Made by a program: the position numbers and the translations under genes
Shown: piece by piece, positions 1 through 11,645 of the stretch
How positions within the stretch are numbered: position 1 is the first letter of the stretch
Layout of the letters: each line of letters starts with the position of its first letter
The notes under the pieces: model-generated
The model's input: only the letters and a program-made list of their open reading frames with translations
Told to the model about the DNA's origin: nothing
Databases searched by the model: none
Origin: Myxococcales bacterium
Lineage (GTDB): Bacteria > Myxococcota_A > Polyangia > Polyangiales > DASUME01
NCBI GenBank assembly: GCA_047601445.1
Contig: JASGJH010000001.1
Span: 5,984,001 to 6,048,000 of the forward strand
Length of the DNA stretch: 64,000 nt
Direction: 5' to 3'

Positions 1-1313
1 TTGCGGCGTTCGAGCAGTGGACTCGCCATCTCGACGCCCTTGGCCACCACATCGCCCAGCTCCACGGCCTCGCAGCGCAGCTCGAGCTTGCCCCGTGTGA
101 TGCGCGTGACATCGAGCAGGTCGTCCACCAACCGCCGCAGGTGCGTCACCTGGCGGGCGATCACGGCGCGCTCCTTCTCGGCCACCGGGCCCAAGATTTC
201 CATCAAGTTGAGTGCGGTCTGAATCGGTGCCAACGGATTGCGTAGCTCGTGCCCGAGCATGGCCAAGAACTCGTCTTTGGCGCGGTTGGCTGCTTCGGAC
301 TCCTCGCGGGCTGCGCGCTCGCTCTCGAGCAGCTGAGCGCGCTCGCGTTCTCCCGCGCGCTGCATGCTCACGTCCACCACGACGCAGCAGGCCTGCACCA
401 CTTCGCCGCCGATCTCCACCGGGTACGCGCTGATCAACACCGCGCCGTCGCCCTTGGGGGCCTCGAAGGGCACCGTGGGCTTTCCGCTCTGAAACACGCT
501 CTCCAACATCAGCTCGGCGCCGCGCCCAATCTCGGGCTCCGTGATCACTTCCGAGGGTTTGCGTCCGATGGTGAGCTCCGCGGGTACGCCGTTGAGCTTG
601 GCCAACCAGTCGTTGATGCGGAGATAGCGGCACTCGCGGTCGAAGAAGGCCATGCCGAACGGCGCGGTGGCGAACACGGTCTGAAGCAAGAGCTGTTGTT
701 CGCGCAGGTTGCGGGTACGCTCTTCGACCAAGGCCTCGAGCTTGTTGCCGTGCTCTGCGAGCGCCCGTGAGTGGCGGGCTTTGTCGTCGTTGCCGAAAAT
801 CACCGAGGCGAAGTCGGCCAAGGTCCCTGCGACTAGTTCTTCCCAGTGCGTCCACTCGCGCGCCGCGCCCAGGTGTTCGTGGCAGACGACGCCGACCAGG
901 CGGCCGGCAAGCCAGATGGGAGCGTCGAGCATGGCGCCGATGTCGTGTTCGCGGAGGTAGTCGTCGAGCTCGCGCGTGCGCGGATCCGACTGGGCGTCCC
1001 GGGCCGCGACGGTGCGCTCTTCCGCGAGGGAGTGAAAGTAGGCGGGCGCGTCGTGCGCCGACAGCCTCAGTCCCGAGCTATGGGTTGCGAGGTCTTGGTC
1101 GAACAGATCGATGCACTCCAATGCACCGTCGTTCGGATCGAAGCGCCACACGCTGGCGCGTCCCACCCGCAGCGCCGCCGCGCCGGTTTCCGTCAGCCGC
1201 TTGAAAGCGTTGGAGATGTCGTCGCGCTCGAGGAGCTCGGGTCGAGCCAGCCTGGCGATCATCTTTCCAACGGCCGCCAAGAACTCGTCGCTCGCCCCCG
1301 CTTGCTCCGACAT
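1..1313 (-). CDS. GAF-PAS sensor histidine kinase (3' end runs off the window)
   Basis: Manual translation from ATG at 1313 (MSEQAGASDEFLAAVG...) gives a GAF-like region (LDAPIWLAGRLVGVVCHEH), a PAS region (APFGMAFFDRECRYLRIN) and an H-box (AKDEFLAMLGHELRNPLAPI...RLVDDLLDVTRITRGKLEL). Absent from the ORF track because it has no stop in the window. Confidence 0.9.
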   Translation of the reverse strand, partial: MSEQAGASDEFLAAVGKMIARLARPELLERDDISNAFKRLTETGAAALRVGRASVWRFDPNDGALECIDLFDQDLATHSSGLRLSAHDAPAYFHSLAEERTVAARDAQSDPRTRELDDYLREHDIGAMLDAPIWLAGRLVGVVCHEHLGAAREWTHWEELVAGTLADFASVIFGNDDKARHSRALAEHGNKLEALVEERTRNLREQQLLLQTVFATAPFGMAFFDRECRYLRINDWLAKLNGVPAELTIGRKPSEVITEPEIGRGAELMLESVFQSGKPTVPFEAPKGDGAVLISAYPVEIGGEVVQACCVVVDVSMQRAGERERAQLLESERAAREESEAANRAKDEFLAMLGHELRNPLAPIQTALNLMEILGPVAEKERAVIARQVTHLRRLVDDLLDVTRITRGKLELRCEAVELGDVVAKGVEMASPLLERR

Positions 1314-1573
1314 CGCGAGAGCACTTACCACATTGATTTGTCCAGGCTGTTCAGACGGTGATGAAGCGCACGCAAATTAGCCCATGAATTCCACGAAAAC
1401 GGGCCCGGGACAGCCCTCGCGAGCTGCGACATGTTGTCGCGGACCCGGCTGCTGCCAGCGAAAATGAACATGTGGGTGGATTGGCGCCAGCGGTACGGTG
1501 CTTGGCGCCCCCTGCCGAGCCAGCAAGCGCGTTATCCCTTAGTTTCCGCGGTGTCCACGAAGGAGATCTCGCC

Positions 1574-2692
1574 ATGAGACCCACAGACCGTGCACCTCAA
1601 GACCTAATTCAAGCCTCCAAGACGCTGCGCCACGAGCTCCAACGCGTGAGCGATGATTACCGTTCTCAACATCCCTGGTTGGCGCATCAGAACGCCATCG
1701 GCCTGACGATCTTCTTGGTCAGCAGCATTGGCATCGTATTAGCCGGATTAGGCTATGCCAGCGGGACGCTGCCTGCCTGGGCCGTGATCCCCACCGCGGC
1801 CTTCTTCATGTCGCTGCTCCACGAGCTCGAGCACGACCTCATCCATCGCCTCTACTTCAAGGACAACAAGTTCCTCTACGACACGATGATGTTCGTGGGT
1901 TGGCTGTTCCGCCCGAGCACCATCAACCCGTGGATTCGGCGCGACCTGCACCTGCACCACCACCGTGCGTCGGGCAGTGAGAGTGACCTCGAGGAGCGCG
2001 GCATCACCAACGGGGAGACCTGGGGCGTGCGCCGCTTCCTGATGACCTTCGACAGCATGCTGGCCATCTTCCTGCGACCGCTGACGCTCAAGCGCATGGT
2101 CTGGGCCTATATTCGCGCGCAAAAGCCCGCCAGCAAGGCGGAGCAACGCCGGCTTCTCTGGCGCAATCGTCTGTCTTACTTTCCCCTTGGGACCATCCAC
2201 TACACGCTCTGGCACTTTTGGCTCTTCGTGAACGTCGGGGGGCTCGTGGCCAGGGCTTGCGGTCTCAGCCTGACGTTGCCGACTCAGCTGAATGCGTGGC
2301 TACCGACCGTGAACTTCCTGGTGGTGGTCTGGGTGGGGCCCAACGTGTTGCGCTCGTTCTGTCTGCACTTCGTGTCGTCCAACATGCACTACTACGGCGA
2401 CATCGAGCCTCGGAACACCATCCAACAGACGCAGGTCTGGAACGCGGCATGGCTGCTCCCGCTGCAGCTCTTCTGCTTCAACTTCGGGTCCACCCACGGC
2501 ATCCACCACTTCGTGGTGCAGGAGCCCTTTTACCTTCGTCAGCTGGTGGTCAGCGAGTCACACGCCCTGATGCGGAAGTACGGAGTCCGCTTCAACGACT
2601 TTGGTACGTTCCGCCGCAACAACCGCTGGCAGCGCGACGAGGTTCCGGAAGAGGCACCCCAGCTGGCACCGACGGTTGCGGAGCCCGCCTAG
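1574..2692 (+). CDS. Membrane fatty acid desaturase family protein
   Basis: Three His boxes (HELEHDLIH, HLHHH, HGIHH) and hydrophobic segments. AGGAGA RBS at 1561 precedes ATG 1574. Confidence 0.88.
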   Translation: MRPTDRAPQDLIQASKTLRHELQRVSDDYRSQHPWLAHQNAIGLTIFLVSSIGIVLAGLGYASGTLPAWAVIPTAAFFMSLLHELEHDLIHRLYFKDNKFLYDTMMFVGWLFRPSTINPWIRRDLHLHHHRASGSESDLEERGITNGETWGVRRFLMTFDSMLAIFLRPLTLKRMVWAYIRAQKPASKAEQRRLLWRNRLSYFPLGTIHYTLWHFWLFVNVGGLVARACGLSLTLPTQLNAWLPTVNFLVVVWVGPNVLRSFCLHFVSSNMHYYGDIEPRNTIQQTQVWNAAWLLPLQLFCFNFGSTHGIHHFVVQEPFYLRQLVVSESHALMRKYGVRFNDFGTFRRNNRWQRDEVPEEAPQLAPTVAEPA

Positions 2693-2967
2693 CTCGCGCC
2701 TAGCTCACCGAAGCGTTCGGCTTGACCCGCTTATCGGGTGAGATTCGCCACCAAGTTTTCGAGCCGCCCAGCGATACGTCCGGGGCCGTCCCGCAAGGAT
2801 GCCTGTCGGGGCGGTGTTGGGCGGCGGTGAGGGTTATCGCGGCCATTGACAGCTCGCGCGAGGCCGGCGAAAAGGGTGGGCGCGGGTAGGGCCCGCGTCT
2901 AGACTAGGCGACCTTTTCGTAGCTCGCGTCGCCCGAGGGCGCGCTTCGACTCTTGCGAGGACTTGTC

Positions 2968-3354
2968 ATGCGTAGACCGGCACAAATCGCTCTTCTTCTC
3001 GCGCTGATGGGCGCTTTCGGCTGCGCGCAGGGGGCCGCCACGCCGAATGGTGAGGTCGGACCCTACGACGACATCGACGCGGGCGACGAAGGCGACGGTG
3101 ACGGCGACTCCGAGAACACCGGAGACGGCGACGGTGACGGTGATTCCACGGGTGACGGGGATGGCGACGGCGATGTCACGCCGGCGGGCGATGGCGATGG
3201 AGACGGAGACGGCGATGCCACCGGGACTCCCGATGCGGGCACCGGCGGGTCGTCGGGATCGAACCCGCTGGGCTCCATCGGCGACATCTTCAATCAGCTG
3301 ATCGGCGCCATCACGGGCATGCCTCCGGCAGGCGGCGCGGACGCGGGTCCCTGA
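2968..3354 (+). CDS. Small lipoprotein with Gly-Asp repeats
   Basis: Signal peptide and lipobox MRRPAQIALLLALMGAFG|C, several GDGDGD runs, GAGGA RBS. Confidence 0.8.
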   Translation: MRRPAQIALLLALMGAFGCAQGAATPNGEVGPYDDIDAGDEGDGDGDSENTGDGDGDGDSTGDGDGDGDVTPAGDGDGDGDGDATGTPDAGTGGSSGSNPLGSIGDIFNQLIGAITGMPPAGGADAGP

Positions 3355-3684
3355 GGGTCACCTCTGAGAACGGGCGATCTAAAGCCGTAGAGTGAGACGA
3401 CGTGGCCATTGCGTGGGCGTGGCCGAGGGCGCACCCCGGGGACGTGGCCGCGCTCGTGAGCTGAACGATGCCGGGTCCGTGATCAACGAGTGTCGGGCGG
3501 TATCGATCACCTTCACGATTTGGTTCCCGCTCACGAGCGCGGGACGAGCGCGGCCACCATCACGGGAGCGCCAACGGCCAGGGTCACGCTCACGGACACG
3601 ATCAAACTGGTGTCCGGTGGAGTTGCCGCGCGGTACGCAGTCAGCGCGAGTGTCGTCGACAGGTTTGACCTTCCGATCTGAGCA

Positions 3685-5031
3685 TCAGTTGCGCGAGGCG
3701 ATCACCTGTGTGCCGTGCTCGGGCCAAAACGTGATCGTGCGGCGTACGGTGCGCGCAGGAGCCTGCTGCGCGAGCGTGAAGTCCGCCTGGGCGAGCATGG
3801 TTCCGAGCACGATCTTCATCTCGTACTGAGCGAAGGCCGCACCGATGCAGCGGCGGACTCCGCCTCCGAAGGGCAAAAAAGCCCCGGGGTCAGGTGTCAC
3901 GCCCAGGAAGCGCTCGGGTCGGAACAGGTCGGGCTCGGGGTAGAGCTCGGGATTGCGCTGGGCCAGGTAGATGTTGGCAGCCACGCGCGTGCCTTCGGGC
4001 AAGTCGTAGCCAGCGAAGCGGAACGGACGCTTGAGCACGCGACCCACCACCGGGACCACGGGCCGCAAGCGCAGGACCTCTTTCAAGCACGCATCGAGAT
4101 AGGGCAGCGCGGCCAGGCGCTCTGGGTCGGGCTCCTTGCCCAGTGCTCGCACCTCGTCGCGCAGGCGCTGGTACACACGCGGGTGAGAGAGGATGCGCTC
4201 GAAGGCCCAGGCCAGTGAGGTGGCGGTGGTCTCGTGGCCGGCCGCCAGGGCCGTCATGAGCTCGTCGCGCAGCTCACGGTCGCTCAGCCCCTGCCCTTCT
4301 TCGTCCTTGGCGTCGAGCAGCATGGCGAGCACGTCTTTGCGCGCGCGCACCTGGTGATCCTCACGGCGCCGCTTGATCTGCTGATAGAGCAGGCCATCGG
4401 CGCGGTCGCGCTCGCGCAGCATCCAGCGCCAGGGAGCGCGCTGCTCGTCCTGGGGGCGCTGGGCCAACACGATGAGGGGCAAGAAGGCGAGCGCGTGTTC
4501 GCCCTGAGAGAGCATGCGCTTGATCTGCCCGTGGAGCGCGTGCGCGTCGGCGCCCTCGTCCATGCCGAACACGGTGCGTAGGATGATCTGAAGCGTGATC
4601 TCCTGGGTCTGCGGGTGCAGCGAGAAGCTCTCTCCGCGTGGCCACTGCGACATCACACGACGCGTGATGTCGGCCATGGTGGCGCCGTAGAAGCGCATGC
4701 GTTCGCCGTGGAACGAGGGCAACAGCAGCTTTCGGCGCGACAGGTGCGGCTCGCCGTCGAGCAGGAGCACCGAGCTATCGCCCACCACGGTGCGCAGGAT
4801 GGTGTTGAAGCGTCCCGCGTGCATCTCGTCCGGGCGCGCCGCGAAGAGCGCACGAATGTCCGCGGGGTCGCTCAGCATCACCAGGGGAAACATCGGTAGC
4901 TTGAGCGTGAAGGCAGCGCCGTAGCGGTGACCGCACCAGTGGAAAAACTCGGTGGGGCGCTTGATCCAGAGCAGCGTCTGGAGGGCGACCGGGAGGGGCG
5001 GACTCGGCGGGCTGGCGTGCGTGGCTTCCAT
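3685..5031 (-). CDS. Cytochrome P450
   Basis: I-helix AAGHETT, ExxR (KEVLRL), FRPERF and heme motif FLPFGGGVRRCIG. Confidence 0.96.
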   Translation of the reverse strand: MEATHASPPSPPLPVALQTLLWIKRPTEFFHWCGHRYGAAFTLKLPMFPLVMLSDPADIRALFAARPDEMHAGRFNTILRTVVGDSSVLLLDGEPHLSRRKLLLPSFHGERMRFYGATMADITRRVMSQWPRGESFSLHPQTQEITLQIILRTVFGMDEGADAHALHGQIKRMLSQGEHALAFLPLIVLAQRPQDEQRAPWRWMLRERDRADGLLYQQIKRRREDHQVRARKDVLAMLLDAKDEEGQGLSDRELRDELMTALAAGHETTATSLAWAFERILSHPRVYQRLRDEVRALGKEPDPERLAALPYLDACLKEVLRLRPVVPVVGRVLKRPFRFAGYDLPEGTRVAANIYLAQRNPELYPEPDLFRPERFLGVTPDPGAFLPFGGGVRRCIGAAFAQYEMKIVLGTMLAQADFTLAQQAPARTVRRTITFWPEHGTQVIASRN

Positions 5032-5152
5032 GGCGAGCCGATTCTACTCCCGGTGCCAAGAATCGTCGTGTCAGGCTGCCGCACCCTGGCAGAAGCGCCA
5101 CGCGAGAATCTCCGCTCGGCCGCAAAATTCCCGCGTTCGAGGCCCCTTTGCG

Positions 5153-5168
5153 CGGCACATGCCTTGCG
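5153..5168 (+). promoter_or_regulatory. Candidate sigma54 (-24/-12) promoter for the DUF1232 gene
   Basis: CGGCACATGCCTTGCG fits GG-N10-GC with GGCAC and TTGC, about 13 nt before ATG 5181. Confidence 0.5.
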
Positions 5169-5180
5169 AGCTTGGTGAGC

Positions 5181-5756
5181 ATGCCAAAGTTCACACTGGT
5201 TCATGCGATCCGCAGGCCCAACGGCGCGGCTCCCAACAAGCCCAGCTCGGACCTTCCGACCAAGCAGGTCGTGGACGTCCCGCCCGAGCCAGAAGCCATC
5301 AACGAGAACGCCGAGACCGCGCGGCAGGCCGAGCAGGCGGAGAGCGAGGTGGAGGCGCCGGCGCGTTGGTACGCGCGCTGGTTCGACAAGGCTTGCCGCA
5401 ACCTCGGGCACCAACACCTGGTGAAGCTCGCCCAGCATCGCGGTCACGTGGCCAAGAGCCTCGATGACGTGCCCAAGCGCATGCACCGGGTGGCCAACCA
5501 GACGCGCCTGGTGCTGGAGCTGATCGATGACTTCGTCGAGGGGCGCTATCGGAAGATCTCGTGGCGCTCCATGGTGGTGCTCGCGGGAGCGGTGCTCTAC
5601 ACGGTGAACCCCGCCGACGTGATCCCCGACGCGCTGCCGTTTCTCGGCGCCATCGACGATCTGGCCTTGCTGGCGGTGGCGACGCGGCTGCTGCGCAAGG
5701 ATCTCGAGCGCTACTGCCGTTTCAAGCACTACTCGGTCACGGCCTACTTCGGCTGA
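5181..5756 (+). CDS. YkvA/DUF1232 family membrane protein
   Basis: Signature LYTVNPADVIPDALPFLGAIDDLALL. Start uncertain. Confidence 0.85.
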   Translation: MPKFTLVHAIRRPNGAAPNKPSSDLPTKQVVDVPPEPEAINENAETARQAEQAESEVEAPARWYARWFDKACRNLGHQHLVKLAQHRGHVAKSLDDVPKRMHRVANQTRLVLELIDDFVEGRYRKISWRSMVVLAGAVLYTVNPADVIPDALPFLGAIDDLALLAVATRLLRKDLERYCRFKHYSVTAYFG

Positions 5757-7153
5757 GCCTTGCGTCCCGCGCGCGATTTGGGCCGCGTTCGCTCGCGGCC
5801 ACGCGCAGCGCCGGCCTGCGGGGACAGCGCGTGGACCTGCACCGCGCGTACCCCGCGGATGCGCGCGAGCCTGCGCGCCAAGTGATCCTTGATGCGAGTG
5901 CTGGTGACGAAACTCATGGTGATCTTGGCGGGGCTGCCCGGGAAGGCCTGCATCGTGTCCAGGCTGATGCCACGTCCGGCGAACACGGCGCTCACCCGCT
6001 CGGCATTCCCTGGACGGGCGCCGCTCTCCACCGAAAGGTCGCAGCGCCAGCGCCTGGCGCGCTCGGCCTGGTTGTCCGTGCGGCTCGATGCGCGCCCTGG
6101 GGCGTGCGAGCGGGAACCAACGCCCACGACTCGGCGTGCAGCAGGCGCGACATACAGCGAAGCCTGGACCTGCGCGCGCTCCTCGGTCGTGAGCTCGTAG
6201 GGCACCACGCGGTCGACTCCGTTGAGCGTGAGCACGATGGGCGCCCCGACCACGCCGTGCATCCCAAAGAGCTCGCCCTCGAGCTTGACCTGGGCTCCCG
6301 TGAGCACCTGACCGCCCGAGAGCAGCGCGCTCAGGAGCCGCAGGATCATCTCCGCCGTGCTGGCGGGGCTGCGGGCACCGCTGAACTGCGTCACGTAGGG
6401 CTTCACCACCGCGCGCAGGGCCGGCCCCATGCGGTTGGCCAGCGCGTAAGCCGCGGCCGACCCGCGTGTCTGTACGGCACGCGAGATCTGCGCGATGGCG
6501 TCGGGCACGCTGGGATCCCTGGGACGCTGGAGCGCCAGCAGCCGAGCGCGACCGTCGCTGCTCTCGAATCCATGCACGTCGACCGTGCTCCAACAGGGCA
6601 CCATGCGGGGCCCGTGTTCACCGAGCACCAAGCCGTGCACCCGCTGCCGCTGCACGCCCAGATCGTGCGCGATCTCCTGGCGAAAGCGCAGGCTGTCCAG
6701 GTAGGCGCCCATGCCGATCACACGCCTTCTATCGAGATAGCGGCAGCACAGGTCGACGCTGGCCTCCACGGGGTTGGTGAGCACCAACAGCAGCTCCTCG
6801 CCGTGACCGTGGCGTGCGATGGCGCGTGCGTAGGCCTCCACCATCGCTCGATTGTTCGCGGCCAAATCGGCGCGCGAGCGCAGGTCGCCGCGCCCCACGG
6901 CGTCGCCGGCCGCCAGGATGATAATGTCGCCCAGGACCTGGTTCGGACCGTAGGCGAGGTCGAGCTCGGGGAGGTCCTCGGCGAAGGCGTCGGTGAGGTC
7001 GGTGGCGATGCCGGGCAAGGTTTGCTCGCTCAGCCCGCCCTTGTGGCCCACGAGCTGAAGACGCGCGTTGCGAGGAATCAACCCCTGCCGCAGCAGGCCG
7101 ATGGCGATCTGGCGCCCGACCGAGCCTGCGGCCCCGATGATGGAGATGTCCAT
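5744..7153 (-). CDS. Lactate/malate dehydrogenase-family enzyme with C-terminal ACT-like domain
   Basis: MDISIIGAAGSVG Rossmann motif, RADLAANN, LTNPVE, LDSLRF, LGEHG. The C-terminal ~75 aa (SGARPGNAERVSAVFAGRGISLD...LARIRGVRAV) resemble an ACT domain. Confidence 0.85.
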   Translation of the reverse strand: MDISIIGAAGSVGRQIAIGLLRQGLIPRNARLQLVGHKGGLSEQTLPGIATDLTDAFAEDLPELDLAYGPNQVLGDIIILAAGDAVGRGDLRSRADLAANNRAMVEAYARAIARHGHGEELLLVLTNPVEASVDLCCRYLDRRRVIGMGAYLDSLRFRQEIAHDLGVQRQRVHGLVLGEHGPRMVPCWSTVDVHGFESSDGRARLLALQRPRDPSVPDAIAQISRAVQTRGSAAAYALANRMGPALRAVVKPYVTQFSGARSPASTAEMILRLLSALLSGGQVLTGAQVKLEGELFGMHGVVGAPIVLTLNGVDRVVPYELTTEERAQVQASLYVAPAARRVVGVGSRSHAPGRASSRTDNQAERARRWRCDLSVESGARPGNAERVSAVFAGRGISLDTMQAFPGSPAKITMSFVTSTRIKDHLARRLARIRGVRAVQVHALSPQAGAARGRERTRPKSRAGRKAQPK

Positions 7154-7288
7154 GCGCTGAAGTGCTCCCAGGTGGCGGTGAACCCGACCCTGTGCTGGTC
7201 GGCGTGTTCCACCGATCACCGACGTACCACTCTACCAGAGGCTGGCGCAGCTGGCTTCAGCCAGCTTGCTCGACTAAAGCAGGCGCTC

Positions 7289-7939
7289 GTGCGCATTCCA
7301 CAACCTCCGCTGAGCGAGCTCGAGACCCAGGAGCTCACCGAACTCCTGGACCAAGTGGCCGGGCGAACCCTGATCTTTGCCCGCGGCGTGTTCGCAGCGG
7401 TGGCCACGGCGCCAGTGGCGCTCGATCCCACCGAGTGGTTGCCACTCCTCCTGGCTCAGACACCCCCCGATCGCGCGTCGCTGCAGCGACTGTTCGAACT
7501 CCTGGTGCGCGAGGCCAGCGCGTGCGCGGAGTGCCTGGCGCTCGGGGTCCCCGCGGTTCCGAGTCCGGACCAGGCCGATGAAGTCGTCGAGTTTTGTAAG
7601 GGGTACGTGCGCTTGATGCAGAGTGTCACGCGCTGGACCCGCGACGCGCAGGCCTTCGAGTTCAGCGTTCCCTTTGCCGTGATGGCGGGCTACGTGGGTC
7701 TGGATGCGCTGCGCAGCTTCGAGCCCGAGGCGGCGCAAGATCCGGACGCCTGGCGCGCGCGACACAACGCGAGTTTGTCGGACGACGTGGCCAAGCTCTA
7801 CGCGTACTGGGCCGAAGCTCGCGCCGAGCCCGCGCCAGCGCCACAGGCCAGCCCGCCGGTGCCGGAGGATAAGGTCGGGCGCAACGACCCATGCCCCTGC
7901 GGCAGCGGCAAGAAGTTCAAGAAGTGCTGCATGAGCTGA
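7289..7939 (+). CDS. YecA/UPF0149-like protein with C-terminal SEC-C motif
   Basis: AVATAPVALDPTEWLP and FCKGY motifs; C-terminus KVGRNDPCPCGSGKKFKKCC. GTG start inferred. Confidence 0.85.
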   Translation: MRIPQPPLSELETQELTELLDQVAGRTLIFARGVFAAVATAPVALDPTEWLPLLLAQTPPDRASLQRLFELLVREASACAECLALGVPAVPSPDQADEVVEFCKGYVRLMQSVTRWTRDAQAFEFSVPFAVMAGYVGLDALRSFEPEAAQDPDAWRARHNASLSDDVAKLYAYWAEARAEPAPAPQASPPVPEDKVGRNDPCPCGSGKKFKKCCMS

Positions 7940-8155
7940 GTGTGGTCCGCGCGGCCCGTTCGTGAGCGCAAGCGTGCGCGCGCGCGTCCCCGTGTTCGTT
8001 TGCAGCGCTGTGCACGCGAGTTCGCCCCTGCGGCCCGTCAACGACGCTCGCTCACGCACGCCTGCCAGCTCGTGATTCGCAGCCGCAGCCGTGCCGCGCG
8101 GCCCCACGCCTCACACACTGAAACGAAGACGCAAACGCGTCGCGGGAGGCGAGCA

Positions 8156-8794
8156 ATGAACACGAGCGTCGTCGGTTGGGGGCTGGTGCTGGGCTTGGGT
8201 TTGGGTGCGGCCGGTTGCGCGCACCACGGGCAGCGACCTCACTCCACCATCAGCTTCATTGGCAACGCGGATCCCAACAAGGTGCCGACCGATCCGGCGG
8301 ATGATCACTTGGGCTTCGTCAGGGTTTACGACAAGGCGGCCATGCTCAATCACACCGCCGCGGCGTGGGCGAACGAGAACCGCTACGGTCAACCCAACAT
8401 GGCTGGACCCAACGCGGCCGCGCGGGCCAAGGCCGAGCGCCTGGCGCGCGCCGAGCTTGCGACGTGCGATCGCACCGTCTACTTCGAGAGCGGCTCCGCG
8501 GTCCTCAGCCCGACGTCGGAGAACAAGCTACGTCAGGTCGCCCTCTGCATGTCTAAGGCCGGCGGGCGTGCCACCATCGTGGGCCGCACCGATCCCCAGG
8601 GCGGCAGCGCCGAGAACCTCAGTCTGGGCGCTGCGCGAGCCAACGCGGTCGCCGCGTACCTCGAGTCGATCGGGGTCTCCCCGAGCGAGGTCGGGCGGGT
8701 GTCGCTCGGCGACTCGGGATCCACGGCGAGAGTCGAGGCGTGGCCGGCGGAGCGACAGGCCCACGTGGGCGTCACTTCACGACGCGGCAACTGA
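8156..8794 (+). CDS. OmpA/Pal-like peptidoglycan-binding lipoprotein
   Basis: Lipobox LGAAG|C; OmpA_C motifs VYFESGSAVL, IVGRTDPQG, NLSLGAARANAVAAYL; GGAGG RBS. Confidence 0.88.
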   Translation: MNTSVVGWGLVLGLGLGAAGCAHHGQRPHSTISFIGNADPNKVPTDPADDHLGFVRVYDKAAMLNHTAAAWANENRYGQPNMAGPNAAARAKAERLARAELATCDRTVYFESGSAVLSPTSENKLRQVALCMSKAGGRATIVGRTDPQGGSAENLSLGAARANAVAAYLESIGVSPSEVGRVSLGDSGSTARVEAWPAERQAHVGVTSRRGN

Positions 8795-8845
8795 GGCGAG
8801 CGCGCCCGCGCGCGCGGATGCGCTCAGCCCCGCCAATGCGGCCGC

Positions 8846-11476
<2,631 letters not shown>

Positions 11477-11645
11477 CCGCTTCCTCCCCTGGTTGGGTCC
11501 ATCGTCGTGGGTACGTCGCCGCGGGCGCGCTGCCCGCACAGATGTGGTTGGCGTGCTTCGACGACCCCAGCCCCGCCAAAAAACAGTGTCAAGGTAAGCA
11601 TGCCTTTTGCGCCGTCAATGCCGGCTTCGCTGTAAGATAGCGCCC

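Noticed and set aside
5561..7939. 792-aa ORF as one large SEC-C protein
   Set aside because: The first ~575 codons are antisense to the dehydrogenase or intergenic. Only ~7289-7939 looks like real protein.
11477..11645. CIRCE or HAIR heat-shock operator before clpB
   Set aside because: No TTAGCACTC-N9-GAGTGCTAA or CTTGAGT-N7-ACTCAAG match seen.
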